The notes under the pieces were generated by a model. It saw only the letters and a list, made by a program, of their open reading frames with translations, made no database searches and had not been told where the DNA came from. From assembly GCA_963764975.1 (NCBI GenBank), contig CAVXUF010000002.1, positions 75,894 through 139,893 of the forward strand: DNA of 64,000 bases. Reading direction: 5' to 3'. This document shows, one piece after another, positions 1 to 9,957 of this stretch. Numbering within the stretch: position 1 is the stretch's first letter; every line of letters begins with the position of its first letter. The stretch comes from an uncultured Chloroflexia bacterium. Lineage in GTDB: Bacteria; Chloroflexota; Limnocylindria; Limnocylindrales; CSP1-4. The position numbers and the translations under genes were made by a program.

Positions 1-2
1 AC

Positions 3-1508
3 ATCGATGCCGCCGCCGCCCTCCGCGAGAAGCTGGCAAGCGGCAAGGGCTACATCATCCTTGTCCGCGAGATCGAGCCGAAGACGGCCGATCGGATCCG
101 GTCAGCCATCACCTCTCGGCGGATCTTCGGGATTTCCCTGGAACCCGAGCCTGTGCGCGTCTATCCGCAGGGCGGCGGTGGGCCTGAATCCTCGCTCGCG
201 GCGCACCTTCTGGGCTTCGTGAACCGCGAGGGGACCGGTCAGTACGGCGTGGAGGCGGCCTACCAGGAGATCCTCGCCGGCACGCCCCGTGTGACCACGG
301 CCAAGCGCGACGCCTTCGGACGAGCGGTCCCCGAGACGGCGGAGGTCGCCCAGGCCGGCCAGCCCGGTCAGGACCTGCGGACCACGATCGATGCCGGACT
401 CCAGCTCGCGCTCGAATCGGAGGTCTTCATGACCTGGGTCGCGGACAAGGCCAAGTCCGTGTCGGCGGTGGTCATGGACCCGTACACGGGCGAGGTCTAT
501 GCGCAGGGGACCTACCCGTCCTACGACGCGAACGAGTACCGCGAGATCGCGGCCGTCGCCCCTGAGCGGTTCATCGACCCGATCGTCTCGAGCGGGTATG
601 AGCCCGGATCGGTCTTCAAGATGATGACCGCCGCGGCTGCGCTCGAGATCGAATCCGTCAAGCTCTCGACGCGGATCAACGACATCGGCACCCTCCAGCT
701 CGACAACGGCCGAGCCAAGATCGACGACGCGGACCGACGTGCCCGCGGCTGGATGTCGTTCGAGGATGCCATCGCGTTCTCGCGGAACGTCGTGGCGGCG
801 AAGGTCGCGCTCGGCCTGGGCGAGGACACACGCAGCTCGTCGCGGATCCTGCACGAGGTCTGGCGGCGGCTCGGGTTCGGGGCCCCCACGGGCATCGACG
901 TCGCGGGCGAGGCGCGCGGGATCGTCCGCGACCCCGACGATCGTCGATGGGCGGAGATCGATCTCGCCAACGCGTCGTTCGGTCAGGGCGTGTCGGTGAC
1001 GCCGATCCAGCTCGCCGCGGCCTATGCGGCCCTGATGAACGGCGGCACGCTCGTCCAGCCGCACGTCGTCAAGGCCATCGGGCCGAACGAGGTGGAGCCG
1101 GCGAGCCGGGGCAGCGTGCTGAGTCCGTCACTCTCGAAGGATCTCGTCGGTCTGATGAACCACGTGGTCATGAGCGTGCCCACGTACACCGACCGGACCA
1201 TCGTCCGCGGGTACGAGGTCGGCGGCAAGACCGGGACGGCCCAGATCTGGGACAGCGAGAAGGGTCGCTGGAAGCAGGACCTGTTCAACTACTCCTTCGT
1301 CGGCTACATCGCCCGGCAGCCCGGCGTGCCGGACCTGGTCATCGTGGTCCGGATCGAGGAGGGAACGCCCACGGTGCGCAAGGTGGGCCAGCTCGAGATG
1401 CCGGTCATGTCGTTCCAGCTGTTCAGCCGCATCGCCTCGGACGCGATCAAGACCACGGACCTCTTCGCGGATCGGCCGGTCCCGCCGCCGCAGACCGCGG
1501 AACGGTGA
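3..1508 (+). CDS. ftsI: Class B penicillin-binding protein / septal transpeptidase (FtsI-type); 5' end lies upstream of the window
   Basis: Frame 3 is open from base 3 and runs into the listed 153..1508 ORF. Transpeptidase motifs SVFK (SxxK), SRN (SxN) and KTGT (KTG). First gene of a dcw-type cluster. Confidence 0.9.
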   Translation: MDAAAALREKLASGKGYIILVREIEPKTADRIRSAITSRRIFGISLEPEPVRVYPQGGGGPESSLAAHLLGFVNREGTGQYGVEAAYQEILAGTPRVTTAKRDAFGRAVPETAEVAQAGQPGQDLRTTIDAGLQLALESEVFMTWVADKAKSVSAVVMDPYTGEVYAQGTYPSYDANEYREIAAVAPERFIDPIVSSGYEPGSVFKMMTAAAALEIESVKLSTRINDIGTLQLDNGRAKIDDADRRARGWMSFEDAIAFSRNVVAAKVALGLGEDTRSSSRILHEVWRRLGFGAPTGIDVAGEARGIVRDPDDRRWAEIDLANASFGQGVSVTPIQLAAAYAALMNGGTLVQPHVVKAIGPNEVEPASRGSVLSPSLSKDLVGLMNHVVMSVPTYTDRTIVRGYEVGGKTGTAQIWDSEKGRWKQDLFNYSFVGYIARQPGVPDLVIVVRIEEGTPTVRKVGQLEMPVMSFQLFSRIASDAIKTTDLFADRPVPPPQTAER

Positions 1509-1534
1509 GGGTCCCGCATGTCGAGCCTTCGACC

Positions 1535-2947
1535 ATGACCGCGGCGGATGCGGATCCCGCGTTCGGCGCCGACGACCTCGCCAGGATCACCGGCGGACGC
1601 CTGCTGGCTTCATCGCCGCGTCCGATCCGCGGAGCGGCGGTCGACTCACGCGAGGTCGAGCCCGGTCAGGTCTTCGTGGCCCTCCCGGGTGAGCGCGACG
1701 ATGGCCACGACTACCTCGAAGCGGCCGTGGCGGCCGGGGCGGCCGCGCTGCTCGTGACGCGCCCGCCGCTGGACCCCACGGCGCTCGGTGACGTGACGAT
1801 CATCCGCGTCGGCAATGGCCTGGCCGCGCTGGGCGCGCTGGCGTCAGCGTGGCGTCGCCGGTTCGACCCGCTCGTCGTGGGGGTGACCGGGAGCATCGCG
1901 AAGACGTCCACCAAGGAGGCGATCGGGGCGGTCCTCGGCCGCGGGTTCCGCACGCTCAAGAACGTCGGCAACCAGAACAACGAGATCGGACTGCCGCTCA
2001 CCGTCCTGCGCCTCGGTGCGGAACACGAGGCGATGGTGCTCGAGATGGGGATGTACGTCGGCGGGGAGATCGCCGACCTCGCCCGCATCGCGGCGCCGGA
2101 TATCGGTGTCGTGACCGCGGTCCAGGCCGTCCACCTGTCCCGGATCGGCACGATCGAGGCCGTCGAGCAGGCGAAGGGCGAGCTGCTCGAGGCGCTCCCG
2201 CCGAGCGGGACCGGGATCCTCAACGCCGACGACCCGATCGTCCGCCGCATGGGCACCCGCACGGTCGCCCGGACGATGACCTACGGGTTCGCGGACGACG
2301 CGGACGTCCGAGCCGACGGGGTCGTCTCCGAGGGGCTTGGCGGCATGCGCTTCAGCCTGGTGGCGCGCGGTCGACGCTGGCCGGTGACGGTTCCCACCCT
2401 CGGCCGGTTGTCCGTCCACAACGCGCTCGCTGCCGCGGCGGTCGGGATCGCCGCGGGGATGTCGCTGGAGGCCATCGGTGACGGGCTCGCCGACGGCTGG
2501 TCGGCGCCGCATCGCGTGGCGCTCCATCGTCTGAGCGGCATGACCATCATCGACGACAGCTACAACGCCTCGCCCGGCTCGATGCGCGCGGCGCTCGACC
2601 TCCTGGCTGACCTGCCGGGTCGCCACGTCGCGGTCCTCGGCGAGATGCTCGAGCTTGGGATCGCCCACGACGACGGCCACTACGAGGTCGGTCAGGTGGC
2701 GGGACGGGTCGCGGATCTGGTGATCGTCGTGGGTCGCGGCGCCGAAGCGATGGCCGACGGCGCCCGCGAGACGGCCACACCCGGTGCACGCGTCCTGGTC
2801 GTGCCGGATGACGCTGCTGCGCTGGAGGCGCTGCGACCGCGGATCCGCACCGGCGACGTCGTGCTCGTCAAGGCATCGCGCGGGATCGGTCTCGACCGTC
2901 TGGTGGACGCGCTCGTGGATGAGCGCGGCCCGGAGCGATCCGCGTGA
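1535..2947 (+). CDS. murF: UDP-N-acetylmuramoyl-tripeptide--D-alanyl-D-alanine ligase
   Basis: Motifs DSREVEPGQVFVALPGERDDGH, GVTGSIAKTSTKE (P-loop position), NNEIGLPLT and DDSYNASP are MurF-like. ATG at 1535; an alternative GTG at 1505 overlaps the ftsI stop. The 947.. extension of the ORF overlaps ftsI and is not coding. Confidence 0.85.
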   Translation: MTAADADPAFGADDLARITGGRLLASSPRPIRGAAVDSREVEPGQVFVALPGERDDGHDYLEAAVAAGAAALLVTRPPLDPTALGDVTIIRVGNGLAALGALASAWRRRFDPLVVGVTGSIAKTSTKEAIGAVLGRGFRTLKNVGNQNNEIGLPLTVLRLGAEHEAMVLEMGMYVGGEIADLARIAAPDIGVVTAVQAVHLSRIGTIEAVEQAKGELLEALPPSGTGILNADDPIVRRMGTRTVARTMTYGFADDADVRADGVVSEGLGGMRFSLVARGRRWPVTVPTLGRLSVHNALAAAAVGIAAGMSLEAIGDGLADGWSAPHRVALHRLSGMTIIDDSYNASPGSMRAALDLLADLPGRHVAVLGEMLELGIAHDDGHYEVGQVAGRVADLVIVVGRGAEAMADGARETATPGARVLVVPDDAAALEALRPRIRTGDVVLVKASRGIGLDRLVDALVDERGPERSA

Positions 2948-3927
2948 CCGTGGAGCTCATCCAGGGGCTGCTCCTGTCGTTTGCGCTCGTCGTGATCCTG
3001 ATGCCGCCCTACATCCGGCTCCTGCGCTCGGTCGGCTTCCGCAAGCAGATCCGGGAGGAAGGGCCACAGACGCACTACCTCAAGGAAGGCACGCCCACGA
3101 TGGGCGGTCTGCTGATCGTCGTCGTGGTCATCGCCACGTACTTCTTCATGCAGCAGCAGGGTCCCGATGCGGCGACGTTCGCCCCGCTGGCGGCCCTCGC
3201 CGGCGTCGGGCTGCTCGGCGCGCTCGACGACTATCTCAACGCCAAGACCGGGGTCGGGATCCGGGCCCGCCAGAAACTGGTGTGGCTGACGGTCGTGGCG
3301 TTCGTCGCGGCGTACCAGATCCAGCAGACCTACGACATCACCGCCATCGCCGTCCCGTTCGTCGGCGCGGTCCCGATCGACTCGACGGTGTATGTCCTGT
3401 TTGCGGCGTTCGCGATCGTCGCCACGGCGAACGGCGTCAATCTCACCGACGGGCTGGACGGACTGTCGGGCGGGACCCTGGCGATCTCGTTCGTCGCCTT
3501 CATGCTGATCGCGCTGCTCAACACGCCGAACCAGGCGAACCTGGCGTTGCTCTGCGCCCTCATCATCGGCGCGCTGCTCGGTTTCCTTTGGTTCAACGTC
3601 CACCCGGCACAGATCTTCATCGGCGATTCCGGTGCTCTCTCACTCGGCGCGACGCTGGCCGTCACCGCGCTCATCACGGGTCAGATCCTGGTCCTGCCGC
3701 TGATCGGGATCATCTTCGTGGTCGAAACGGCGTCGGTGATCCTCCAGGTGGGCTACTTCAAGGTCAGCGGCGGCAAGCGGATCTTCCGGATGAGCCCGCT
3801 CCATCACCACTTCGAGCTTGGTGGCTGGGACGAGGAGAAGATCACGATCCGCTTTTGGATCGTCGGGATCCTGGCCGCCTTGCTCGGCGTGACGCTGTTC
3901 CTCGCCTCGCTGAACCGGCTCCCGTGA
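2944..3927 (+). CDS. mraY: Phospho-N-acetylmuramoyl-pentapeptide transferase
   Basis: Polytopic membrane protein with a typical MraY N-terminus (LMPPYIRLLRSVGFRKQIREEGPQTH..GTPTMGG). GTG start forms a GTGA overlap with the murF stop. Confidence 0.95.
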   Translation: MTVELIQGLLLSFALVVILMPPYIRLLRSVGFRKQIREEGPQTHYLKEGTPTMGGLLIVVVVIATYFFMQQQGPDAATFAPLAALAGVGLLGALDDYLNAKTGVGIRARQKLVWLTVVAFVAAYQIQQTYDITAIAVPFVGAVPIDSTVYVLFAAFAIVATANGVNLTDGLDGLSGGTLAISFVAFMLIALLNTPNQANLALLCALIIGALLGFLWFNVHPAQIFIGDSGALSLGATLAVTALITGQILVLPLIGIIFVVETASVILQVGYFKVSGGKRIFRMSPLHHHFELGGWDEEKITIRFWIVGILAALLGVTLFLASLNRLP

Positions 3928-5501
3928 TCGCGATGCCCGAGACCGCCGTCGTCGATCCCGATGCCCTCACGATGGATGGCATCCGCGCGGGCGACCTCGC
4001 CGGCCGGCCGGTCACGGTCCTGGGTCTGGCCCGGAGCGGCATCGCCCTCGCCCGCTTCCTCGACGATGCCGGAGCACGCGTGACCGTCTACGACCGGCGC
4101 CCGGCGGCGGCGCTGCGCGAGGCGATCGACGCGCTGGCGGGCCGGTCGATCGCCTTCGCCCTGGGCCCCGACGTCGACCCCACCGGCGTCCTGGCGAACG
4201 CGGCGCTGGTGACGACGTCGCCGGCGATCAACGCGGACTACCCCACGACCGAGCCACGGCTTCGAGCCGCGCTCCGCGACCTGGCCGGCGCCCGGGCCGA
4301 AGGACGTCCGGCGAGTCCGGCCGTCGTGTCCGAGGCGGATCTCTTCCTGCGCCTGTGCGTCGCCCCCACCGTGGGGGTGACCGGGACCAAGGGCAAGACC
4401 ACGACCTCCGCCCTGATCACCGCGGTCCTTGCCGCCGATCCGGTCCGACCGGCGATCCAGGGCGGCAACATGGGGGTCCCGCTCGTCGAGCAGCTGCCCC
4501 AGCTGACCGGTGACCACCGCGTCATCCTCGAGCTGTCCGAGTTGCAGCTCCCCACCCTCTCGCATGGGACCACGGTCGCGGTCTACACCAATGTCACGTC
4601 GGACCACCTTGATCGGCACGGGACGCTGGAGCGCTATCGGCTGGCCAAGCGTCGGCTCGCCGAGCTGGTCGACCCGGCCGGGGCGCTCGTGCTCAACGCC
4701 GAGGACCCCGTCGTGACCGGGTTCGCCGACGCCGCGCCGGTGCCGGTCGTCTGGTATGCGCGTCGTGCGCCGACGCGGGGCGGCGTGGGCGTGATCGATG
4801 GCTGGGTCGTGGCCGATGCCGTGACCCCGCTGCCGGCGCTGGCCGGGCGGTCCGGTCCGGCGATGGACGGACCGATCCTCCCGGTCTCGGACCTGGGCAT
4901 CCCCGGGGAGCACAGCATCAGCAATGTCCTGGCGGCCGTGGCGGTCGGTCTGCTCGCCGGGATCGATCCGGCGGCGATCCGCGCCGCGGCCACCGCGTTC
5001 CAGGGTGTCGAACATCGGCTCGAGACCGTGGCCGTGGTCGACGGGGTCCGCTTCGTCAACGACTCGCAGGGGACCCAGCCGGATGCCGTGATCGCCGCGC
5101 TGCGCGCCTTCGACGCCCCGGTCGTGCTCATCGCCGGCGGGCGTGACAAGGGTGTGGATCTCTCGGGTCTGGGTCCGGTGGTCGCCGAACGCGCGGCTGC
5201 GGCCGTCCTGATCGGTGAGAGTGGCCCGGATCTCGAGGCGCGCTTCCGGGCGGCCGGTCTGGGCTCCACGGTGCGCGCCTCCACGCTCGACGAGGCGGTC
5301 GTCCTCGCGGACGGACTCGCGCGCAAGGCTCGACGCAACGCCGGCTCGGGCGCCCCGATCGCGACCGTGCTGCTCAGCCCGGCGGCCGCCAGCTTCGACA
5401 TGTTCACCGACTACGCCGCCCGAGGCGCGGCCTTCAAGCGCGCGGTCGCTGCGCTGTCGGTTCGGACACCGGGACCGGACACCAGCGAGGAGGAACGATG
5501 A
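3924..5501 (+). CDS. murD: UDP-N-acetylmuramoylalanine--D-glutamate ligase
   Basis: N-terminal VTVLGLARSGIALARFL fold and P-loop GVTGTKGKTTT, in the position after mraY. Start is GTG 3924 (GTGA overlap with the mraY stop) or ATG 3933. The 2784.. extension is out-of-gene. Confidence 0.9.
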   Translation: MIAMPETAVVDPDALTMDGIRAGDLAGRPVTVLGLARSGIALARFLDDAGARVTVYDRRPAAALREAIDALAGRSIAFALGPDVDPTGVLANAALVTTSPAINADYPTTEPRLRAALRDLAGARAEGRPASPAVVSEADLFLRLCVAPTVGVTGTKGKTTTSALITAVLAADPVRPAIQGGNMGVPLVEQLPQLTGDHRVILELSELQLPTLSHGTTVAVYTNVTSDHLDRHGTLERYRLAKRRLAELVDPAGALVLNAEDPVVTGFADAAPVPVVWYARRAPTRGGVGVIDGWVVADAVTPLPALAGRSGPAMDGPILPVSDLGIPGEHSISNVLAAVAVGLLAGIDPAAIRAAATAFQGVEHRLETVAVVDGVRFVNDSQGTQPDAVIAALRAFDAPVVLIAGGRDKGVDLSGLGPVVAERAAAAVLIGESGPDLEARFRAAGLGSTVRASTLDEAVVLADGLARKARRNAGSGAPIATVLLSPAAASFDMFTDYAARGAAFKRAVAALSVRTPGPDTSEEER

Positions 5502-6820
5502 ACCTGGCACCGCCCCTCCAGCGGATCCCGCGTCCCGGCGTGATGCGTCGTCGAACGACGACGTCCGGTGAGCGCAAGGCTGCCGAGAAGGCGACGGAAC
5601 GGGCCCGCAGCGGGTCGGTCCTCCAGCGCGAGCGGCACGGGGCCGACGTCGTCATCCTCGTGGTCGTCGTGGCTCTCGCTGCCATCGGGATCCTGATGGT
5701 CTACTCCTCTTCGGCGATCCGCGGGTACCTGACCGAGGCGGACACGTTCGCGACCGTGGGGCCGCAGATCCAGTGGGCCGTCCTCGGGGTCGCGGCGATG
5801 GTGATCACGATGCGTGTGGACTACCGCTACCTGCGTCTCGTGTCCGTGCCGTTCTTCCTGCTGGCCATCGTGCTCCTGGTGCTGGTCTTCGTGCCCGGTC
5901 TCGGCATCGAGGCTGGCGGCTCCGCCCGCTGGCTCAAGCTCGGGCCGCTGCCGGCGATCCATCCGGCCGAGATGGCCAAGCTGGCCGTCGTCATCTACCT
6001 CGCGCACTGGTTCGCGAAACGTGGCACCAAGGTCGGGAGCCTCGGTGCCACCGTCACGTTCCTCGTGGTCGCCGGACCGGTCATCGCCCTCGTCTTCCTG
6101 GAGCCGGACCTCGGGACGACGCTGGTCATCGCGGGCACCGCGTTCGCGATGTTCTTCGTGGCCGGCGCGAACCTGATGCACCTGGGCATCATGGGCGTGG
6201 TCTCGCTGATGGGGGTCGTCGTGGTCGGGCTGCGCGGCTACCAGATCGAGCGGATCCGGGTCTGGCTCAACCCCTGGGTCGATCAGCAGGGCGACGGGTT
6301 CCAGACGCTCCAGGGTCTCTATGCCCTCACGGTCGGCGGGCTGTTCGGGACCGGTCTCGGCCAAAGCCAGGTCGCGGTCCCGAACGCCTTCAACGACTTC
6401 ATCCTCGCCGAGATCGGGCAGGAGTTCGGCCTGGTCGGAGCGGTGGGCGTGATCGGCCTGTTCCTGGTGCTCGCCTACTCGGGCATCCGGGTGGCGCTGC
6501 GGGCGCCGGACACGTTCGGCGCGCTCCTGGCGGCCGGCATCACGGGCTGGCTGTGCATCCAGGCGTTCATCAATATCGGGGTGGTCGTTACGCTCTTTCC
6601 GATCACCGGCATCACACTGCCGTTCATCAGTGCCGGTGGGTCGTCACTGATCATCAGCTTCGCGGCCGTCGGCATCCTGCTGTCGATCTCGCGCGAGACC
6701 ATCGAAAAGGGGACGTGGAACGACGATGCGATCGCTGATCGTCGGCGGCGGGACGGGCGGGCACATCTACCCGGCGCTGGCCGTCGCCCGGTCGCTCTCC
6801 GCTCGGCCGACCGCGCCTGA
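5498..6820 (+). CDS. ftsW: SEDS-family peptidoglycan polymerase / lipid II flippase FtsW
   Basis: FtsW/RodA/SpoVE-like polytopic membrane protein (..GITLPFISAGGSSLI..). ATGA overlap with the murD stop. The 3' end overlaps murG by 95 nt. Confidence 0.9.
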   Translation: MNLAPPLQRIPRPGVMRRRTTTSGERKAAEKATERARSGSVLQRERHGADVVILVVVVALAAIGILMVYSSSAIRGYLTEADTFATVGPQIQWAVLGVAAMVITMRVDYRYLRLVSVPFFLLAIVLLVLVFVPGLGIEAGGSARWLKLGPLPAIHPAEMAKLAVVIYLAHWFAKRGTKVGSLGATVTFLVVAGPVIALVFLEPDLGTTLVIAGTAFAMFFVAGANLMHLGIMGVVSLMGVVVVGLRGYQIERIRVWLNPWVDQQGDGFQTLQGLYALTVGGLFGTGLGQSQVAVPNAFNDFILAEIGQEFGLVGAVGVIGLFLVLAYSGIRVALRAPDTFGALLAAGITGWLCIQAFINIGVVVTLFPITGITLPFISAGGSSLIISFAAVGILLSISRETIEKGTWNDDAIADRRRRDGRAHLPGAGRRPVALRSADRA

Positions 6821-7886
6821 GCTGGCCTGGCTGGGCGGGCATCGCGGCCTCGAAGCGTCGCTGGTGCCGGCGGCTGGCATCCCGCTGCGCCGACTCGCTG
6901 CTCGATCCCTGCGCACGAGCGGGCTCGATCATCACGCGATCCTCGACCCGATCCGCCTCGGGCTGTCCATCCCGCAGGCCACGGCCATCCTCCTCCGGGA
7001 GCGACCGGCGGCGATCTTCACGACCGGCGGCTACATCGCGATCCCGGTACTCCTGGCGGCCGCGCCGCTGCGGATCCCGGTCGTCCTGTGGGACGGCAAC
7101 GTGATCCCCGGACGGTCGGTCCGGGCGACGGCGCGTCTGGCCGACGTCCTGGCCGTGTCGTTCGCGGCGACCCGTGATGCGCTCGCGACCGCGGCCCCAG
7201 GGGTCCCGTGCTACGTCACGGGCACGCCCATCCGCGACACGCGATCGATCGACCGCGGCGCCGCTCGGACGTCGCTGGACATCCCACCGGGGGAACGGGT
7301 CCTGCTCATCTTCGGGGGCTCCCAGGCGGTCCGGCGGTTCAACGCGGCCGTGTCCGGGGCCATCGAGCGGCTCGTCGAACGGGTCACCGTGATCCACGTC
7401 GCCGGTGAAGAAGGGTACGCGGGCGCCCTCGCCGACCGGGAGCGCCTGTCGGCGGAGCGACGGGCGCGCTATCGGCCGTATCCGTTCCTGCGCGACGAGA
7501 TGCTGGCCGCCCTCGCCTCGGCGGACCTGGTGGTCGGCCGCGCCGGCTCGTCGACGCTCGCCGAGGTCACGGCATTCGGCACCCCGATCGCGGTCGTCCC
7601 GTACCCGCATGCCGGCGGCCATCAGCGGGCGAACGCCCGGGTCCTGGCCGATGCCGGGGCGGCCCTGGTCATCGAGGACGAGGCGTTCGACGCCGATGCG
7701 CTGGTGATCGCCGCGCGGGTGCTCGACGACCCGGAGACGCATCTCCGCATGGCCGCCGCGGCCCGCGACCTCGGACGGCCGGCCGCGGCCGACGCCGTCG
7801 CCGATCTCGTCATCGCTGCCGCGATGCGTCTGCCACTCCCCGACGCGGCCACGATCGACCGGCGGGCGCGTGGACTGACGCCATGA
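6726..7886 (+). CDS. murG: UDP-GlcNAc:undecaprenyl-PP-MurNAc-pentapeptide GlcNAc transferase
   Basis: N-terminus MRSLIVGGGTGGHIYPALAVA is the MurG hallmark. The C-terminal half has ..GGSQA.. and ..GRAGSSTLAE.. motifs. Confidence 0.9.
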   Translation: MRSLIVGGGTGGHIYPALAVARSLSARPTAPELAWLGGHRGLEASLVPAAGIPLRRLAARSLRTSGLDHHAILDPIRLGLSIPQATAILLRERPAAIFTTGGYIAIPVLLAAAPLRIPVVLWDGNVIPGRSVRATARLADVLAVSFAATRDALATAAPGVPCYVTGTPIRDTRSIDRGAARTSLDIPPGERVLLIFGGSQAVRRFNAAVSGAIERLVERVTVIHVAGEEGYAGALADRERLSAERRARYRPYPFLRDEMLAALASADLVVGRAGSSTLAEVTAFGTPIAVVPYPHAGGHQRANARVLADAGAALVIEDEAFDADALVIAARVLDDPETHLRMAAAARDLGRPAAADAVADLVIAAAMRLPLPDAATIDRRARGLTP

Positions 7887-8836
7887 TCGATACCTTCGAC
7901 GCGATCGCGACCGGCACCGAGATCCAGCGTCGGATCGGCGTGAAGACGTCGCGAGACGAGCCACTGGCGCGGTTCACGACGATGCGTGTCGGCGGGCCGG
8001 CGGACCTGTTCGCGACCGCCCACAACGCCTTCGAGCTGCGCGCCCTCGTGCGGTTCGCCCGATCTCGCGGCCTGCCGCACGTGGTCCTGGGGCGGGGGAG
8101 CGACGTCGTCATCAGCGACGCGGGGATCCGCGGCCTCGTGATCCAGAACCGGGCCGAGGGCTCGAGCGTGGACGGGGAGCGCTACCTCGCCGAGTCCGGT
8201 GTCCCGATGGCCCGCGCGGCCACCGAGTCGCAGCGCGCCGGACTGAGCGGTCTCGAGTTCGGCCTCGCCATCCCCGGCACGGTCGGCGGCGCCGTCTGGG
8301 CGAACGCCGGTGCGCACGACGCCGACATCGCGGGCGTCCTCGAATCCGCGCGCGTCCTCGACGCGACCGGCGCCGAGGCCATCATCCCCGTGGCCGACCT
8401 GGCTCTCGCGTACCGCGACAGCCGGTTCAAGCACGGGCCACCCGGAGAGCCGCCGGAGCTGATCCTCGAGGCGACCTTCGTCCTGGAGCCGGCCGACCCC
8501 GACACCATCAAGGCACGGCTTGATGACATCCGGCGCTGGCGACAGGCGCACCAACCCCTCGGGTTGCCGTCCGCCGGCAGCGTGTTCCGGAACCCGGACG
8601 GGGATTCGGCCGGTCGCCTGATCGATGCCGCGGGCCTGAAGGGCCATCGGATCGGTGGGGCCGTCGTGTCGGAGAAGCACGCCAACTTCATCGTCAACGA
8701 TCAAAAGGGAAGCGCGTCGGACGTCCGCGGGCTCATGGCGTTCGTCCAGCACGAGATCGCCGTTCGCCACGGCGTCGACCTCGCCTTCGAGGTCGAGTTC
8801 CTCGGTGACTGGAGCGGATGGGAGGGGGCGTCGTGA
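7883..8836 (+). CDS. murB: UDP-N-acetylenolpyruvoylglucosamine reductase
   Basis: FAD-binding MurB-like sequence (..TTMRVGGPADLF.., ..GSVFRNP.., ..SEKHANFIVN..). ATGA overlap with murG. Confidence 0.9.
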   Translation: MIDTFDAIATGTEIQRRIGVKTSRDEPLARFTTMRVGGPADLFATAHNAFELRALVRFARSRGLPHVVLGRGSDVVISDAGIRGLVIQNRAEGSSVDGERYLAESGVPMARAATESQRAGLSGLEFGLAIPGTVGGAVWANAGAHDADIAGVLESARVLDATGAEAIIPVADLALAYRDSRFKHGPPGEPPELILEATFVLEPADPDTIKARLDDIRRWRQAHQPLGLPSAGSVFRNPDGDSAGRLIDAAGLKGHRIGGAVVSEKHANFIVNDQKGSASDVRGLMAFVQHEIAVRHGVDLAFEVEFLGDWSGWEGAS

Positions 8837-9957
8837 CCGCTCCTGGCCCGACGCCGGTGACGGTCCTGTTCGGCGGCCCGTCGGCGGAGCACGATGTCTC
8901 GATCGTCTCGGGGACGGCCATCGCCGACGCGCTCCGGGGCCGCGGCCACCCGGTGGCACTCGTGTTGATCGACCTCGACGGCACCTGGTGGTGGCTGCCG
9001 GACGACCATCGCCATGACGCGCGTCCGCCGGCCGCCTACGACGACCCCGCAGCGCTGGGGGCCGACGGACCGTTCGCTCCCGGCGCGGCGCTCGACCGGC
9101 TGGCGGCCACGCGCCCAGAACCCGTGGTCTTCGTGGCCCTGCACGGGCCGTTCGGCGAGGACGGCACGGTCCAGGCGATGCTGGAGGCGGCCGGGCTCGC
9201 GTACACCGGTTCGGGCGTCGCGGCGTCGGCTCTCGGCATGGATAAGGCCCTGTTCAAGCGCTTGTGCCGGGGCCTCGGCCTCCCGATCATCGACTGGCGC
9301 GAGGTTCGGCATCCTCGCTGGCGGTCGGATCCGGCGCTGGTGCTCGGGGAGATGGAGGCGTTCGCCGGCGGGCACGATGACCCCCGGCTGATGGTCAAGC
9401 CGGCCGGACTCGGCAGCTCGGTCGGGATGACGCTGGTCCAGTCCCTCGATGACCTCCCGGCCGCGCTGGATCTGGCGCTCCACTACGACACCGTGGCGCT
9501 GGTCGAGACGTATCTCGTCGGCGCTCGCGATCTCGAGGTCTCGGTCATCGGCAATGACCCCGCCGCCATCGAGACGTTCGGACCGGGCGAGATCGTGGCC
9601 GGTCACGAGTTCTACGACTACGCGGCGAAGTACACGCCGGGGCTCTCGCGGACCACGACGGAGGCTGATGTCTCGCCGCTCCAGCGGGCGACCATCCTCA
9701 AGCTGGCCCGCGACTGCTACCGCGCCGTGGGCGCCGAGGGCTTCGCGCGCGTGGACTTCCTGATGGCTGGTGACCGGATCTTCGTCTCGGAGATCAACAC
9801 CATCCCGGGGTTCACGCCCATCAGTCTCTTCCCGACGCTGCCGGCGGCGGCTGGCCACGATTTCGCGGCGGTCTGTGCCTGGGTCGTGGACCTCGCGCTG
9901 GACCGACACACGGGTCGCGCCCGCAGTCGACTCGGTCCCGCCGATCTGCCGAGATGA
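8818..9957 (+). CDS. ddl: D-alanine--D-alanine ligase
   Basis: VTVLFGGPSAEHDVSIVSG N-terminus and an ATP-grasp C-terminal half (..EINTIPGFT..). Alternative GTG starts at 8830 and 8833 next to the murB stop. Confidence 0.9.
   Translation: MGGGVVTAPGPTPVTVLFGGPSAEHDVSIVSGTAIADALRGRGHPVALVLIDLDGTWWWLPDDHRHDARPPAAYDDPAALGADGPFAPGAALDRLAATRPEPVVFVALHGPFGEDGTVQAMLEAAGLAYTGSGVAASALGMDKALFKRLCRGLGLPIIDWREVRHPRWRSDPALVLGEMEAFAGGHDDPRLMVKPAGLGSSVGMTLVQSLDDLPAALDLALHYDTVALVETYLVGARDLEVSVIGNDPAAIETFGPGEIVAGHEFYDYAAKYTPGLSRTTTEADVSPLQRATILKLARDCYRAVGAEGFARVDFLMAGDRIFVSEINTIPGFTPISLFPTLPAAAGHDFAAVCAWVVDLALDRHTGRARSRLGPADLPR

Noticed and set aside
2784-3923. N-terminal 380-codon extension of the murD ORF. 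Similar extensions occur on the murF, ftsZ, yggS, gcvH, gcvPA, ABC and SBP ORFs.
   Set aside because: The extensions overlap the preceding, well-supported gene in another frame. Conserved N-termini, RBSs or 4-nt stop/start overlaps mark the true internal starts.
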